A stretch of 64,000 bases of DNA from an uncultured Pseudomonadales bacterium (GTDB taxonomy: Bacteria > Patescibacteriota > Microgenomatia > UBA1400 > UBA1449), in NCBI GenBank assembly GCA_964386355.1, contig CAYLQQ010000001.1:12256-76255 (forward strand), given 5' to 3'. This document shows positions 47,596 to 58,220 of the stretch, one piece after another. The notes beneath the pieces were generated by a model. That model did no database searches. It saw nothing but the letters and a program-made list of their open reading frames with translations, and had not been told where the DNA came from. Every line of letters begins with the position of its first letter. Positions within the stretch are counted from its first letter, which is position 1. Position numbers and translations under genes: made by a program.

Positions 47596-49032
47596 TTAGA
47601 GTAAGCCTTTTTGTTTGATCTGTTTTATTATCTGTTGATGAACTTCTTCGATAGTCTTTGAAGCATCTACGACAATCCAACGTCCGTGGTCGTTACGCTT
47701 TGCTAGTTTAAGGTAACCGGCACGTACTTTGTCGTGAAAATCTTTTTGTTCCAGATCCAAACGATTCATCACTTCGGAAGCACTCCTTCGAGCTAGACCT
47801 AGCTCTGACTTAATATCCAAAAGCATCGTCAGATCAGGATACAGGTTTTGTGTGGAAATATTATTCAGCTGTTCAATCAGGTCTTCTCCAAAGCCCCGTA
47901 CTATTCCTTGATAGACTACGGATGAGTCTCTTGTGCGGTCACACAAAACCACCTTACCTGTTTCTAGAGCTGGAATGATCAACTCCTGATAAATCTGTGC
48001 CCGAGCTGCCTGGAATAACAAAACTTCAGTCCCAAATGCCATACCAGTATTTTTTGTATGTAAGACAATTTCTCTGATTTGCTCAGAAATTGCCGTACCC
48101 CCTGGTTCTCTGGTGATAAGTACTTCTTTGCCTGTTTTGATTAACAAATCTGCCAATAGTTTTATCTGGACTGTTTTACCAGCCCCTTCTCCACCTTCAA
48201 ACGATATAAGAAGGCCTTTTTTATTAATTTTCTTTTGAGCAACATGATGTAAACCATTGATAGATGAAAAGTGGTGTTTTTCGCATTTGGGGAAATAGTT
48301 ATATGACACTTTACCAACCAGCATGAGCGCGTCAGAGTTAAACGATGCCGGCTTATCATCCAGATTAAGCTGGGTAAAGATAGCCGGATTCTGACATTGA
48401 GGTTCGCTACAGCGGGCAGAAAGCACCAGCATCAGGTCAGCGTGGCCAAATAAGGCTCTGTTGTTTTCCCATTGAATCCGTTTATATGAAAAATCAAGTC
48501 CGGCAATAACTAAAGTTATTCTTTTTTCATTAATAATTTTTATTAAAGATCGAAACTCGGAAGCATCAACCTTAGCTCTATCACAAAAGTGCCATTCATC
48601 AATTAACACAACTGTCCCTGGCTTGACATCGTGTAAATAAGTTTCTAGATCACTGAGGTCTTTATACACTTGAGCCGGGTATTCCTTACCGGAGCCCCAT
48701 GATTTTATGACAGCCTTATCACTCGTACGCTGCATATCCTTCTGATGTGTAAAGGCTTGTATACGTAATTTTTTTACTGAGGAAAGTAGTAGTAACAGGG
48801 CAGTTTTTCCCGATCCCATAGGCCCACAAATACCGATAATTCCCCCGTTTGGATGAGCCTCTATATAGTCGATTATCCGTTTAAGTGCCGGGAAGTGGTG
48901 TTGGTTATAGCCTTTCTGTTTACTTTCAGATGGGTCAGAATACCAGTAGGCTTTGCTTTTTCCAACTGTAAGTGTGGAAACAGGGTACGGAATAAGATCT
49001 TTGTTCTGGTCATTTACAGCTATTTCAGACAT
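47596..49032 (-). CDS. tmk: Thymidine kinase-thymidylate kinase fusion (Tdk-Tmk)
   Basis: N-terminal half: CGPMGSGKT, VLIDEWHF, AGLD, C..C...CEKH. C-terminal half: SFEGGEGAGKT, TREPGG, LCDR, YQG, KVRAGY. Confidence 0.88.
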   Translation of the reverse strand: MSEIAVNDQNKDLIPYPVSTLTVGKSKAYWYSDPSESKQKGYNQHHFPALKRIIDYIEAHPNGGIIGICGPMGSGKTALLLLLSSVKKLRIQAFTHQKDMQRTSDKAVIKSWGSGKEYPAQVYKDLSDLETYLHDVKPGTVVLIDEWHFCDRAKVDASEFRSLIKIINEKRITLVIAGLDFSYKRIQWENNRALFGHADLMLVLSARCSEPQCQNPAIFTQLNLDDKPASFNSDALMLVGKVSYNYFPKCEKHHFSSINGLHHVAQKKINKKGLLISFEGGEGAGKTVQIKLLADLLIKTGKEVLITREPGGTAISEQIREIVLHTKNTGMAFGTEVLLFQAARAQIYQELIIPALETGKVVLCDRTRDSSVVYQGIVRGFGEDLIEQLNNISTQNLYPDLTMLLDIKSELGLARRSASEVMNRLDLEQKDFHDKVRAGYLKLAKRNDHGRWIVVDASKTIEEVHQQIIKQIKQKGLL

Positions 49033-49056
49033 ACATGGTTAAGTATATTCATTTTC

Positions 49057-49989
49057 TTACATTTGTAAAACGGCTGATTGCCGGTGATGTGCTGCATTGG
49101 GGACAAGTACACGAGCCTGTGAATTCTCTGGTGTGCGTAATTCGTTGACCCAGTCCATAAACTGTTTCCATGTAGGGTCTCCGCGCCATCCACTGGCTGC
49201 AAAATCAATCCACAACTGTCCTGTAATATCAAATACCCAGTCAATATTAGGCACACCCCTGAGGTGACGCTGGATATTTGTGTCAATATCAATCCCTCCA
49301 TTTAAATAAGCTCTGTGAATCTCTTCAGAATGTAAGATTGCCCCACAGGCTTTGCGTTTATAAGCAATGAGGGTATCAACAAGGCGGCTAAACGGCATCT
49401 GTTTTTGTTGACTGAGGAAATCGTCCCATGTTAGTTGGAGCAAGCTATGTACCTTGGTGGTAATCCGAGGTAGGCCATCAACGGGACTGTATGCACCCGC
49501 AGACGTAGCCATGAGCACTTCAATGGCATTGCTGGTAAGCTGCGTCTCAACCATGAGAGCAGTCTCAGCCTCATCCCTTGGTTTAAACAAGACTGCCGAG
49601 CCATTATCCTGATATGCAACTACAACCATATCTTTTGCAATTTCCGGAACTACCAAGCCTTGTGCCATCTGCCCAAGCATTTGAGGTTGCTCAAGCTGGC
49701 TATGTAGACTGCTGGCTACTTTTGAAGCTGCCAACATTTGTGTAAACCAGTTGGGTAGCCACTCTGTATTGCGTGCTTCCACCAGCATCACCCGCTCGTT
49801 AGGATGCGTATGCATCCCAAGTGACTCTCTAAGCGCTACTTGAATAGCGTACTCATCATAACAGGAAGGCAAAGGTTGAGAGGGAATGCCAAACTGCTCA
49901 AAGTAATCCTTAAAAACGGGCTGAACGCCCCCTTCTCCATTTCGCATGGACATGTGGGGGAACGCAAACTCAATATCAGGCTTCGGCAT
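49057..49989 (-). CDS. Divergent Maf-like protein (third paralog)
   Basis: YDE, LAASKV, AKDMVV...LFKPRDEAE, KACGA. Confidence 0.55.
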   Translation of the reverse strand: MPKPDIEFAFPHMSMRNGEGGVQPVFKDYFEQFGIPSQPLPSCYDEYAIQVALRESLGMHTHPNERVMLVEARNTEWLPNWFTQMLAASKVASSLHSQLEQPQMLGQMAQGLVVPEIAKDMVVVAYQDNGSAVLFKPRDEAETALMVETQLTSNAIEVLMATSAGAYSPVDGLPRITTKVHSLLQLTWDDFLSQQKQMPFSRLVDTLIAYKRKACGAILHSEEIHRAYLNGGIDIDTNIQRHLRGVPNIDWVFDITGQLWIDFAASGWRGDPTWKQFMDWVNELRTPENSQARVLVPNAAHHRQSAVLQM

Positions 49990-50098
49990 AGGAGTCAGAG
50001 AAACTATACAGATTACTATCTCTTACAACAGAGTTCTCAGTATGCTAACGGGTTAATATGGCTAATGCAAGAGCTAGATTAGGTGAATGTAAAAACAC

Positions 50099-51190
50099 TT
50101 ATTCCTGAATTGGAGAATTTACGTATTTCTCAAAAAATATCAAATCCCGCTCCACTACCTGATTCCAGGAGCCTGCCATATTGTGGTCAGCATAGGGATA
50201 GGTGTAGTACTTGTAATTTTTTTTAAGTTCTTTGAGTTTTTTGACAAACTCATTTGACCACTTGAGTGGTACAGCATCATCCGCTCCACCTTGATGAATC
50301 TGAAGAGGTGCCTGTACAAGGTCAAAGTAGTCACTGATCGAGTACTGCCTGGCGTCATAATCGTTTTCAAGCCTGGCAACCTCAGCCCGCAACGCCTTCC
50401 CCTCATCTTCAAACTCATCTGTAAAAAAGAGAATGGCAAATGGAAATGGCTTGGTAACGGGTGCCCATAAAGTAGTTGGGATATTTTGCCGGGAAATCTC
50501 CAACACGGAAAGGGCAATCTGCCCCCCATTACTGTGCGCCCAGATTCCGATTTTTTCAGGGTCAGCTTGGTCAAGTGTCTTAATAGATGCTAAGAGGTTG
50601 AGCACTTGGACGGGGTTATTAAACCGTTCCCACCACACATCGTTTTCTGGCATATCTGATTTTCCATAACCTAGAAAGTCAGGTGCTAAGGTGATATAGC
50701 CATTCTGGGCAAATACCCCAGCCGCCCGTTTGGTGCCAATACCGGATTCATACATATCTCTATCTACAAAGCCCCGAAGCATCACAAGTACGGGATACTT
50801 CCCGTTTAGGGGTATCTGAAGCAATGCCGATTCACTCGCTTCCTGTGCAGAATCTGAAGCTGTTGGCGGCAATGGAATATTTATCTGTCCTGAGACCCGT
50901 TTCCCATCTGATACAAAGAAAAACAGGTGTGATTTGTACCGGTCTTCAGCTTCTGTTTCAGTGTTGAGTTGTTTGTCAATCTCAATCTGGCTACCTCTAT
51001 ATTCACGTTTGCTCAGATTATCAAATGTAAATTTCTCTAGAGGTTTCTCGGTTGGTACAGGGACAAAATTTGGCTTAACTTGGACTATATTTGAGCGATA
51101 TTGTGTGAAGTAATAAATTCCTGTATACGCTCCAATTCCCAAAAGCAACACATTCAACACGATAAGAAAAACAATTAATGCTTTATTCAT
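50099..51190 (-). CDS. Membrane-anchored alpha/beta-hydrolase (S9 peptidase-like)
   Basis: N-terminal TM, APDFLGYG, WAHSNGG, HQGGADDAVP, ADH (Ser-Asp-His triad). Confidence 0.85.
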   Translation of the reverse strand: MNKALIVFLIVLNVLLLGIGAYTGIYYFTQYRSNIVQVKPNFVPVPTEKPLEKFTFDNLSKREYRGSQIEIDKQLNTETEAEDRYKSHLFFFVSDGKRVSGQINIPLPPTASDSAQEASESALLQIPLNGKYPVLVMLRGFVDRDMYESGIGTKRAAGVFAQNGYITLAPDFLGYGKSDMPENDVWWERFNNPVQVLNLLASIKTLDQADPEKIGIWAHSNGGQIALSVLEISRQNIPTTLWAPVTKPFPFAILFFTDEFEDEGKALRAEVARLENDYDARQYSISDYFDLVQAPLQIHQGGADDAVPLKWSNEFVKKLKELKKNYKYYTYPYADHNMAGSWNQVVERDLIFFEKYVNSPIQE

Positions 51191-51275
51191 ATTATAGGAT
51201 TTACAATTATACCGTACATATGTATAATTACCAGCTCTTAAACATTTACCTGTATCTTAGATTGACCAAAATTGT

Positions 51276-52922
51276 ATGGCGTTATTAGAAAGAATTATTC
51301 ATCAAGCATATGAAGGTGGACAACACCCAATTATAACTGAAGATCCTGACAACACCAATGGAGCTTTTTTTGTATTGCAAATACCTACTCCTGAATTATT
51401 GGGATTTGAACGCAGGAACTCGATGGATGCTATTATAAAAGAGGCTCAACAGCTTGATCCTCTAACTGTGATTACACTAAATGAATCAACTGAGCTAGTA
51501 GTCGGAACCACCTTCAACGCATCTCCTCACTCTCCATTTTTTGTTCCCAAAGAATCGTTTAATCAAGTATGGCAAATAGAGCCACAACAACAAGAACAAG
51601 ATCTACCAGATTATGTTCCTTTACATCATGTTATTTGGGTCACTATACGACAACTCCAACCTGACGGTTCCTATGTGTATACCCAAGTGGATAGCTATGA
51701 CTTGGTTGGTGCTAGAGCTGAAACACTGAATACCCTGATTCCTGGTGTAAATAATGATCAAATACAGACAGCCTTACCAACAGCCTATGAAGATATTGCA
51801 AAACGTGCACATAGGTCGGCAGCTGCTCTCTCAACTTTATATAACGAGCTGGTACGTCCACAGTTAAATATTCAACTTGCTTCTAAACTCTTCCAACTAG
51901 GGTGCGCTACTACTGAATTAGAACTTTTCCCCAAAAGACAGCATGCTTTTTTAGCAGAAGGGATCGGACAAAGTGAACATATCGAAATAGGGACTCCTTT
52001 CAATGTACAAGGGTTCGGCCGCGGACCCCAGTCTGTAAAAAACAAACATGTACAACTTGCTCTGTATGTATCTATCGAGGAAATTGAGCAGATAATTGAA
52101 ACAGTCAATACGGCTAACCCTTTCGTTAGTAAACTAGAAATATTACAAGCTGTATTAAATACATTACAAACTGATGAGACTGATCCTATATATCCAATAC
52201 GAGGTTCACTTACGCTCAGGCCTATAGAGCAGCTCCGTGATGATCAAATTTTAAAGCATGTCGATCCCTATGGATTTATCGCTACCGAAGTGCTAGATCC
52301 GGTCGTCAAATCGTGGCTAAATGCTCACTTTGCACAACTTGATCCAAACATCCAGGTTAGGAAGTTTGAAGATGTCAGTAGTCGAGATCAGCTGACCCAA
52401 AGGTTTGCAACTGGGTGGGAGATTGAGATACCAAAAACTATGTTAGCTCAAGGATTGGCTTTAACTGGGGAATTTGAGAGCCAGATGTATAGTTTTTGGA
52501 AAGAAATAATTAAACAATATGAACAATGGTACCGAACAGGTTCTGATGAAGAGTTGAAAACATACATTGATACGTTACCGATAGAAGATCCAAGAGATAA
52601 AATATATCTCCTCAGACTTATAAAAATAGTCCAACCGACTGAAGAACAGCTTCAAGAATGGAATATGATGCGCAAGCAAGAATTGATCCTAACATATGAG
52701 GGACAGGATACTAACCCAGCTACTCAAGTTGCAATTTCTCTTAAGCAACAAGTATTGCCAGAATATAATCAGGGATACAATCTGCCAAATGTACCTGGTC
52801 TAGGATTCTCCGTAAAGATCAATGGAGTTGATACGGTACTCCTCAGAATACGACCGATTCTTGATCTCAATGGTCTAGCTGAAAATATCTCAAGTTTGGT
52901 ACTTGCAAGAAAAACATATTAA
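51276..52922 (+). CDS. Hypothetical protein (possible remote HIT-like motif)
   Basis: 548 aa ORF. GPQSVKNKHVQ loosely resembles the HIT/GalT HxHxQ motif. Confidence 0.55.
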   Translation: MALLERIIHQAYEGGQHPIITEDPDNTNGAFFVLQIPTPELLGFERRNSMDAIIKEAQQLDPLTVITLNESTELVVGTTFNASPHSPFFVPKESFNQVWQIEPQQQEQDLPDYVPLHHVIWVTIRQLQPDGSYVYTQVDSYDLVGARAETLNTLIPGVNNDQIQTALPTAYEDIAKRAHRSAAALSTLYNELVRPQLNIQLASKLFQLGCATTELELFPKRQHAFLAEGIGQSEHIEIGTPFNVQGFGRGPQSVKNKHVQLALYVSIEEIEQIIETVNTANPFVSKLEILQAVLNTLQTDETDPIYPIRGSLTLRPIEQLRDDQILKHVDPYGFIATEVLDPVVKSWLNAHFAQLDPNIQVRKFEDVSSRDQLTQRFATGWEIEIPKTMLAQGLALTGEFESQMYSFWKEIIKQYEQWYRTGSDEELKTYIDTLPIEDPRDKIYLLRLIKIVQPTEEQLQEWNMMRKQELILTYEGQDTNPATQVAISLKQQVLPEYNQGYNLPNVPGLGFSVKINGVDTVLLRIRPILDLNGLAENISSLVLARKTY

Positions 52923-52932
52923 AATTCCTCTA

Positions 52933-53451
52933 TCACCTAATATTGTATTCTAAAAGTATTGTTCCCTCTTCTCCCAGCTTTTGACTATTTACTAAATCAA
53001 GTCTGAATTCGTGTAAACTTTGATTAAACAGTTTCAGACCTGCCCCAAAGACCACCGGTTCTACAGTCAATAACATCCTATTTACCAGCTTTGCCTTCAT
53101 AAAAAGGGTATAAATAGTTGATCCCCCACATATTGCCACCTGCTCATACCCCCTACCCTCCAGCTCTGCCAAAAGCTGTTTGGGGTCTTTGTTGGTAAAC
53201 TCCAGATTAGGAAACTGAAACTGTCTAGCCGAAACCTCCGGTTCCATACTAAAGACAATATTCTGCCTATTAGGCAGCGGTTTTCCAATGGTTTGGAAGG
53301 TATTCCAACCCATCACCATAACACCAATCTCTTTGGTAGTTTTTGCAAACCACAAGCGATCTGCTTTGCTCGTCCAAGCAGTCGAAACTTGAGAAGTCTC
53401 TCTGGCAATAAAGCCATCAGCGGTAAGAGCGGCGATAAGAATTACTTCCAT
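52933..53451 (-). CDS. folA: Dihydrofolate reductase
   Basis: IAALTADGFIA, VMGWNTF, KPLPNRQNIV, ICGGSTIY. Confidence 0.9.
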   Translation of the reverse strand: MEVILIAALTADGFIARETSQVSTAWTSKADRLWFAKTTKEIGVMVMGWNTFQTIGKPLPNRQNIVFSMEPEVSARQFQFPNLEFTNKDPKQLLAELEGRGYEQVAICGGSTIYTLFMKAKLVNRMLLTVEPVVFGAGLKLFNQSLHEFRLDLVNSQKLGEEGTILLEYNIR

Positions 53452-53501
53452 AAGTTCTTTTGTAGATTTACACGCTTAACATAACATCTTACCATGAGTA
53501 C

Positions 53502-54911
53502 ATGCAACATAAAATCGTGGTGTTAGTTATTGCATGTATATGCTTTTTCTTGTATGTCATTTCAAAAGACACAACATATTTTCTCAGGGATGATTTTGAT
53601 TTTTTACTGTATGCCAAATATCCAATTTCAAACACGCTGCTTATTCCCCATAATCAGCATATCGTTATTTTACCCCGGCTCCTTTTTGCAATTGAATCAA
53701 TTCTGTTTGGCATGAATCACAATCTCTATTTAATAGTATCAATACTATTACACGGCTTAGTTCTGTATGGTATGTACAGAGTTATACAAATAATTACTAA
53801 GAGTAAAAAATTTTCATTGCTCTTTACTTTAATATGTGTAGTGCCTGGTTCATCATACAAAGTAATTGCATTAGCAAATAGCCAAATGTTCCTTCTAGCT
53901 AGCCTTTTGGGATTACTCAGCATCTTAGTTTTGCTTCTATTTAAAAAGACAAACAATAGTCTATATCCCATTATTAGCTGTATTGCTGGTCTTTTGGCTA
54001 GCTGGTGCCATGGGATTGGTCTTGCAGTTTTATTGGCATCTGTCTGTGTGTGTGTATTAAACAAAAGAATATCTTGGAAATTAAAACTTACAACTCTTTT
54101 GATTGGAATTGCAGGGGTAGTGACATATATTCTATTTGTAGGATCATCCCTCAGATCTGATTTGAATAGCCAAGCAATACAAACTAAAGTCCCAATGATA
54201 CAACACTTTATTCAAAAGGGAATTATTGACGGAAGCATGTGGGGCATAATTATGCCAAGATTTACCTACAACAATATATCCCCCAACCTAATCCCTCCAT
54301 TACTGATTGCGTTAATGTTAGTCAGTATACTGGTATTTTTTCAACTACGAAATCAGCTTAAAAATATGTGGAATTCTATTGAAATTTTTATTATTTTTAT
54401 CTTATCTCACTTTTTTATTTTAAGTATAGGAAGGGCAAACAATCTTATGTATTCAGTAAGCCCCCAATTTACGTATTTCCCAAAAGTGCTTATCACTGTA
54501 CTACTTGCTACTATTTTATTTCAGTATTGGATGATAAATTCTACAAGAATTACTAAGCTTATTTTGGTAAGTTTTGTATTGTGTGTCTTCTTTGTCCAAT
54601 TTATGTTTTATACCGATAGACTCAATGCATTTGAACCACGTATCGTCTTTACAAAAACATATATACAAGCAATCTTACACACAACTACAACACAAAAAGA
54701 GGTTATCAATTTCCCATTACCTGATTGTATAAATTCTAATATGCATTTCCAAGATATTGCATATGTATATAAAGTGAAAAATAGTCCTCACTATATAGAT
54801 CAAAAACACATTCCTGATATTAATAGCTATATAAATAGCATCCAAGATCCTATTGTAAAAGAAACGTACCATACAGCCCTACATCATCTGGATATGTTCA
54901 GTAGTAATTAA
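53502..54911 (+). CDS. Polytopic membrane protein, GT-C glycosyltransferase-like
   Basis: DD motif after the first TM (FLRDDF) and many TM segments. Visibly AT-rich. Confidence 0.6.
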   Translation: MQHKIVVLVIACICFFLYVISKDTTYFLRDDFDFLLYAKYPISNTLLIPHNQHIVILPRLLFAIESILFGMNHNLYLIVSILLHGLVLYGMYRVIQIITKSKKFSLLFTLICVVPGSSYKVIALANSQMFLLASLLGLLSILVLLLFKKTNNSLYPIISCIAGLLASWCHGIGLAVLLASVCVCVLNKRISWKLKLTTLLIGIAGVVTYILFVGSSLRSDLNSQAIQTKVPMIQHFIQKGIIDGSMWGIIMPRFTYNNISPNLIPPLLIALMLVSILVFFQLRNQLKNMWNSIEIFIIFILSHFFILSIGRANNLMYSVSPQFTYFPKVLITVLLATILFQYWMINSTRITKLILVSFVLCVFFVQFMFYTDRLNAFEPRIVFTKTYIQAILHTTTTQKEVINFPLPDCINSNMHFQDIAYVYKVKNSPHYIDQKHIPDINSYINSIQDPIVKETYHTALHHLDMFSSN

Positions 54912-55016
54912 ATTACATCCTGTCACTTGTAACCTGTCAATTCACTTGTTATATTAGGTCAGCTTTACAAACAATTTAATATGGGTTTTATGATGCGCTC
55001 CTAAAATCCCAATCTT

Positions 55017-55967
55017 ATGCCCCGACCAAGACATCCTGAATACCAGTACCTCGATCTCTTGCAAGATATCATGAAAAACGGAGTTGAGAAAGTCAGCCAT
55101 TCCACAGGCATGGGACTTAGGTCGGTTTTTGGTAGACAGATGCGTTATGACCTATCAAAAGGCTTCCCTCTGTTAACGACAAAAAAAGTATTTATGCGCG
55201 GAATTATCCATGAACTGATTTGGTTTTTATCGGGAAGCCCAAATATCAAGTATCTGGTTGATAATAACGTTCACATTTGGGACGACTGGGCATATAAAAA
55301 CTACCAAACTGCTATGAAAAAGGGTGAAGTTAAGAAAATGGATATCGATACCTTTGCCCAGCACATCAAAAATGATGATAAGTTTGCAAAAAAATGGGGA
55401 GATATTGGGCCTGTCTATGGCGTTCAGTGGCGAGACTGGCCGGTTGGTGATGGCCGCCACATTGACCAGATAGCCTGGATGCTTGAAAAAATGAAAAAGG
55501 AACCCCAGAAAAAACACTACATTATTTCTGCATGGAACTGCGGCTACATCTATGAAATGGCGCCATCAAGAGATGAATCCATGGCAATAGCCCCCTGTCA
55601 CACGTTTTTCCATGTCAATATTGCTGGAGATAAACTATCACTCCAACTTTACCAGAGAAGCGCTGATATGTTTTTGGGTGTACCTTTCAATATCGCCAGT
55701 TATGCCCTATTAACCTTAATGCTTGCCCAGGTAACTGGCTACAAGCCGGGTGAATTTATCCATACATTTGGCGATGCCCATGTATACCATAACCACTTTA
55801 AACAGGTCAAAGAGCAGTTAAAAAGGAAGCCACGCAAATGGCCGACAATGAAGATCAACCCGGCAGTCAAATCAATAGATGATTTTAAATTCGAAGATTT
55901 TAGTGTAGAAAATTACAATCCATATCCTCCAATCAAAGGTGAAATTACTGTGGTGGGAGGGTTTTAG
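55017..55967 (+). CDS. thyA: Thymidylate synthase
   Basis: [50 protein letters not shown]. Confidence 0.97.
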   Translation: MPRPRHPEYQYLDLLQDIMKNGVEKVSHSTGMGLRSVFGRQMRYDLSKGFPLLTTKKVFMRGIIHELIWFLSGSPNIKYLVDNNVHIWDDWAYKNYQTAMKKGEVKKMDIDTFAQHIKNDDKFAKKWGDIGPVYGVQWRDWPVGDGRHIDQIAWMLEKMKKEPQKKHYIISAWNCGYIYEMAPSRDESMAIAPCHTFFHVNIAGDKLSLQLYQRSADMFLGVPFNIASYALLTLMLAQVTGYKPGEFIHTFGDAHVYHNHFKQVKEQLKRKPRKWPTMKINPAVKSIDDFKFEDFSVENYNPYPPIKGEITVVGGF

Positions 55968-58207
55968 ATACTACAGGCAGCAAAGCCACAAGCCTGGCAA
56001 GACTTACAACCCTCGTGGACCTGTAAAGTTCCCCCGCATTGCGGACAGGCATCGGCTTTGAGCTTAGAACTTCTAGCTTTTAATTTCCCCACAATAGTGT
56101 TTGATTTATTACTTTTCACTTTGGAGTTACTGCCTGTTCCTACATTGAGCACCTGCGTGGATCTTGAGGCATCACGGTAAATTGTAATCCCCTTGAGTTT
56201 GAGCTTCCAGGCAAGCATGAATGCCCTGCCTACATCTGCCACAGTTGAATCATGGCGCATGTTGATGGTTTTAGAAACCGCATTATCGGTATATTTTTGC
56301 CAGGCAGCTTGCATCTTGATATGATCTTCGATGGACAAGTCATGGGCAGTTACAAAAACTCTGCGGATTGAGACAGGGATTTGCTCAAGGTGTTGTATTG
56401 AACCTGCTTCCATAATTGACTGGATTTCGCCGTTATCAGCCATATGAGCTTTTTGAAGGGCTTTAAGAAGGTCCTGATTCATGTCGGGCAGTTTGTAACC
56501 TCCCATGACCTGCTTGTAAAATGCCAGTGCAAAGTGAGGTTCAATACCATAGGAGCATCCAGCAGCCATAGCAATAGAACCGGTTGGGGCAATGGTCGTA
56601 ATGGTTGCATTACGCATAGGCTTGAGGCCTTGTTTTTCCCACAGTGATCCCTTCCAATTAGGAAACTCACCTTTCTCTACTGCTAGCCTTTGACTTTCTT
56701 TACGGCCTTCATCTTCAATAAATGATGCTAGTTTTTCGGCCAGTTGTACGGCTTCCTTACTATTGTAAGCAACATCCAATCGTACAAGCATATCTGCCCA
56801 ACCCATAACACCCAACCCAATTTTCCGATTCGCTTTTACAACCCGATCAACCTTTTGTAGAGGATAACTGCAGATAGAAACCACGTTATCCAAGAAACGG
56901 ACCGAAAGCTGGACGGTCTCGCGGAGCTTATCCCAGTCTACGGAATAATTTATTACTTGTTGGCTGTTAGTTGTTGGTTGTTTGCCATTTCCCTTAATTC
57001 TTAATTCCTGAGTCTTAACTCGAGTGATGTGCTTAGCTAGATTAATACTCCCCAAATTACAGGCTTCGTATGGCAGCAGCGGCTGCTCTCCACAGAGATT
57101 GACTGACTCTATAGGCCCAACCTGCGGTGTGGGGTTATACTTGTTAATCTCATCTAAAAAGATCATGCCAGGATCGCCGTTTTTCCATGCCATCGTGGTT
57201 GCCAGGTCAAATATCGAGCGGGCATCAACTGAGTTTATTATCTCGCCCGTACGGGGGTTGATCATCGGCCATGCTTCATCTTTTTCAACCGCTTTCATGA
57301 ATTTACTCGTTAATCCAAGTGAGAAATTAATATGGTTAAGTGAGTTTTCATCTTCTTTACAGGTTAAAAACTCGAAAATATCCGGGTGAGTGACAGGTAA
57401 AACAACCATATTCCCAGATCGCCTACCACCTGCTTGCAAGAGCATGTCAGAGGCTTTGTTTAAAATGTGCATAATGGAAACCGGTCCGCATGCTCTGCCG
57501 GTGGTGGTTGCTACCAAATCACCTTTTGGCCGGATACGACCCATAGAAAACCCTACTCCGCCGCCGTTTTTTTTCAGAATTGATGACTCTTTAACCACCT
57601 GAAATACTCCATCGACGCTATCTGGCATAGGTAAGACAAAGCAGTTTGCCAACTGATTATTGATTGTGCCTGCATTAGCCAATGTCCGCCCGCCTGGTAA
57701 AAACCTAAACTCAGTCATGAGCTGATAAAACTTATCTTCCCATACTTTTTTATCCCTTTTCTCAGTTGCTGCTAGTGCTTTGGCGACTCTCTGGAACATT
57801 TCCCTAGGTGTTTCAATAATCTTGCCATTCTCGTCTTTTTGAAGGTACTTGTTGCCAATAACAATCAATTGGTTGTAGGATAAACCAAGATCATCCTTGA
57901 CTCCCAAACCCTTGCTGGCTCTTGCCTCTTGCCTCTGACGCTCCCTGGCAATGATGTAGGCTTTGGCAATATGGAACAGGTTTTCCTCTAAAAGTATGCG
58001 CTCTACCGTATCGCCGATATCATCCGTACCAATTACTGCTTCTTTATGTAAACGATTGTTAAGATCAGCATCCGCAAGATCGGCTATTCTGATCGCAATT
58101 TGCTCATCTAGCGCATTTATATTTTCCTGGGCACGCAGAATTGACCGGTAAATTTTATCCTTTTGGTAGGCCTGTGTTGACTTGGATCGTTTAATGACTT
58201 GCCACAT
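55964..58207 (-). CDS. nrdJ: Adenosylcobalamin-dependent (class II) ribonucleotide reductase with ATP cone
   Basis: ATP cone (VIKR), [38 protein letters not shown]-terminal CPQC...CQACG. No beta subunit gene is adjacent. Confidence 0.92.
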   Translation of the reverse strand: MWQVIKRSKSTQAYQKDKIYRSILRAQENINALDEQIAIRIADLADADLNNRLHKEAVIGTDDIGDTVERILLEENLFHIAKAYIIARERQRQEARASKGLGVKDDLGLSYNQLIVIGNKYLQKDENGKIIETPREMFQRVAKALAATEKRDKKVWEDKFYQLMTEFRFLPGGRTLANAGTINNQLANCFVLPMPDSVDGVFQVVKESSILKKNGGGVGFSMGRIRPKGDLVATTTGRACGPVSIMHILNKASDMLLQAGGRRSGNMVVLPVTHPDIFEFLTCKEDENSLNHINFSLGLTSKFMKAVEKDEAWPMINPRTGEIINSVDARSIFDLATTMAWKNGDPGMIFLDEINKYNPTPQVGPIESVNLCGEQPLLPYEACNLGSINLAKHITRVKTQELRIKGNGKQPTTNSQQVINYSVDWDKLRETVQLSVRFLDNVVSICSYPLQKVDRVVKANRKIGLGVMGWADMLVRLDVAYNSKEAVQLAEKLASFIEDEGRKESQRLAVEKGEFPNWKGSLWEKQGLKPMRNATITTIAPTGSIAMAAGCSYGIEPHFALAFYKQVMGGYKLPDMNQDLLKALQKAHMADNGEIQSIMEAGSIQHLEQIPVSIRRVFVTAHDLSIEDHIKMQAAWQKYTDNAVSKTINMRHDSTVADVGRAFMLAWKLKLKGITIYRDASRSTQVLNVGTGSNSKVKSNKSNTIVGKLKARSSKLKADACPQCGGTLQVHEGCKSCQACGFAACSI

Positions 58208-58220
58208 GAGTGCAATTTAA

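Noticed and set aside
56950-57025. Intein or intron in nrdJ
   Set aside because: The insert is only ~25 aa, lacks intein terminal motifs (C/S...HN) and is made of heptamer repeats.
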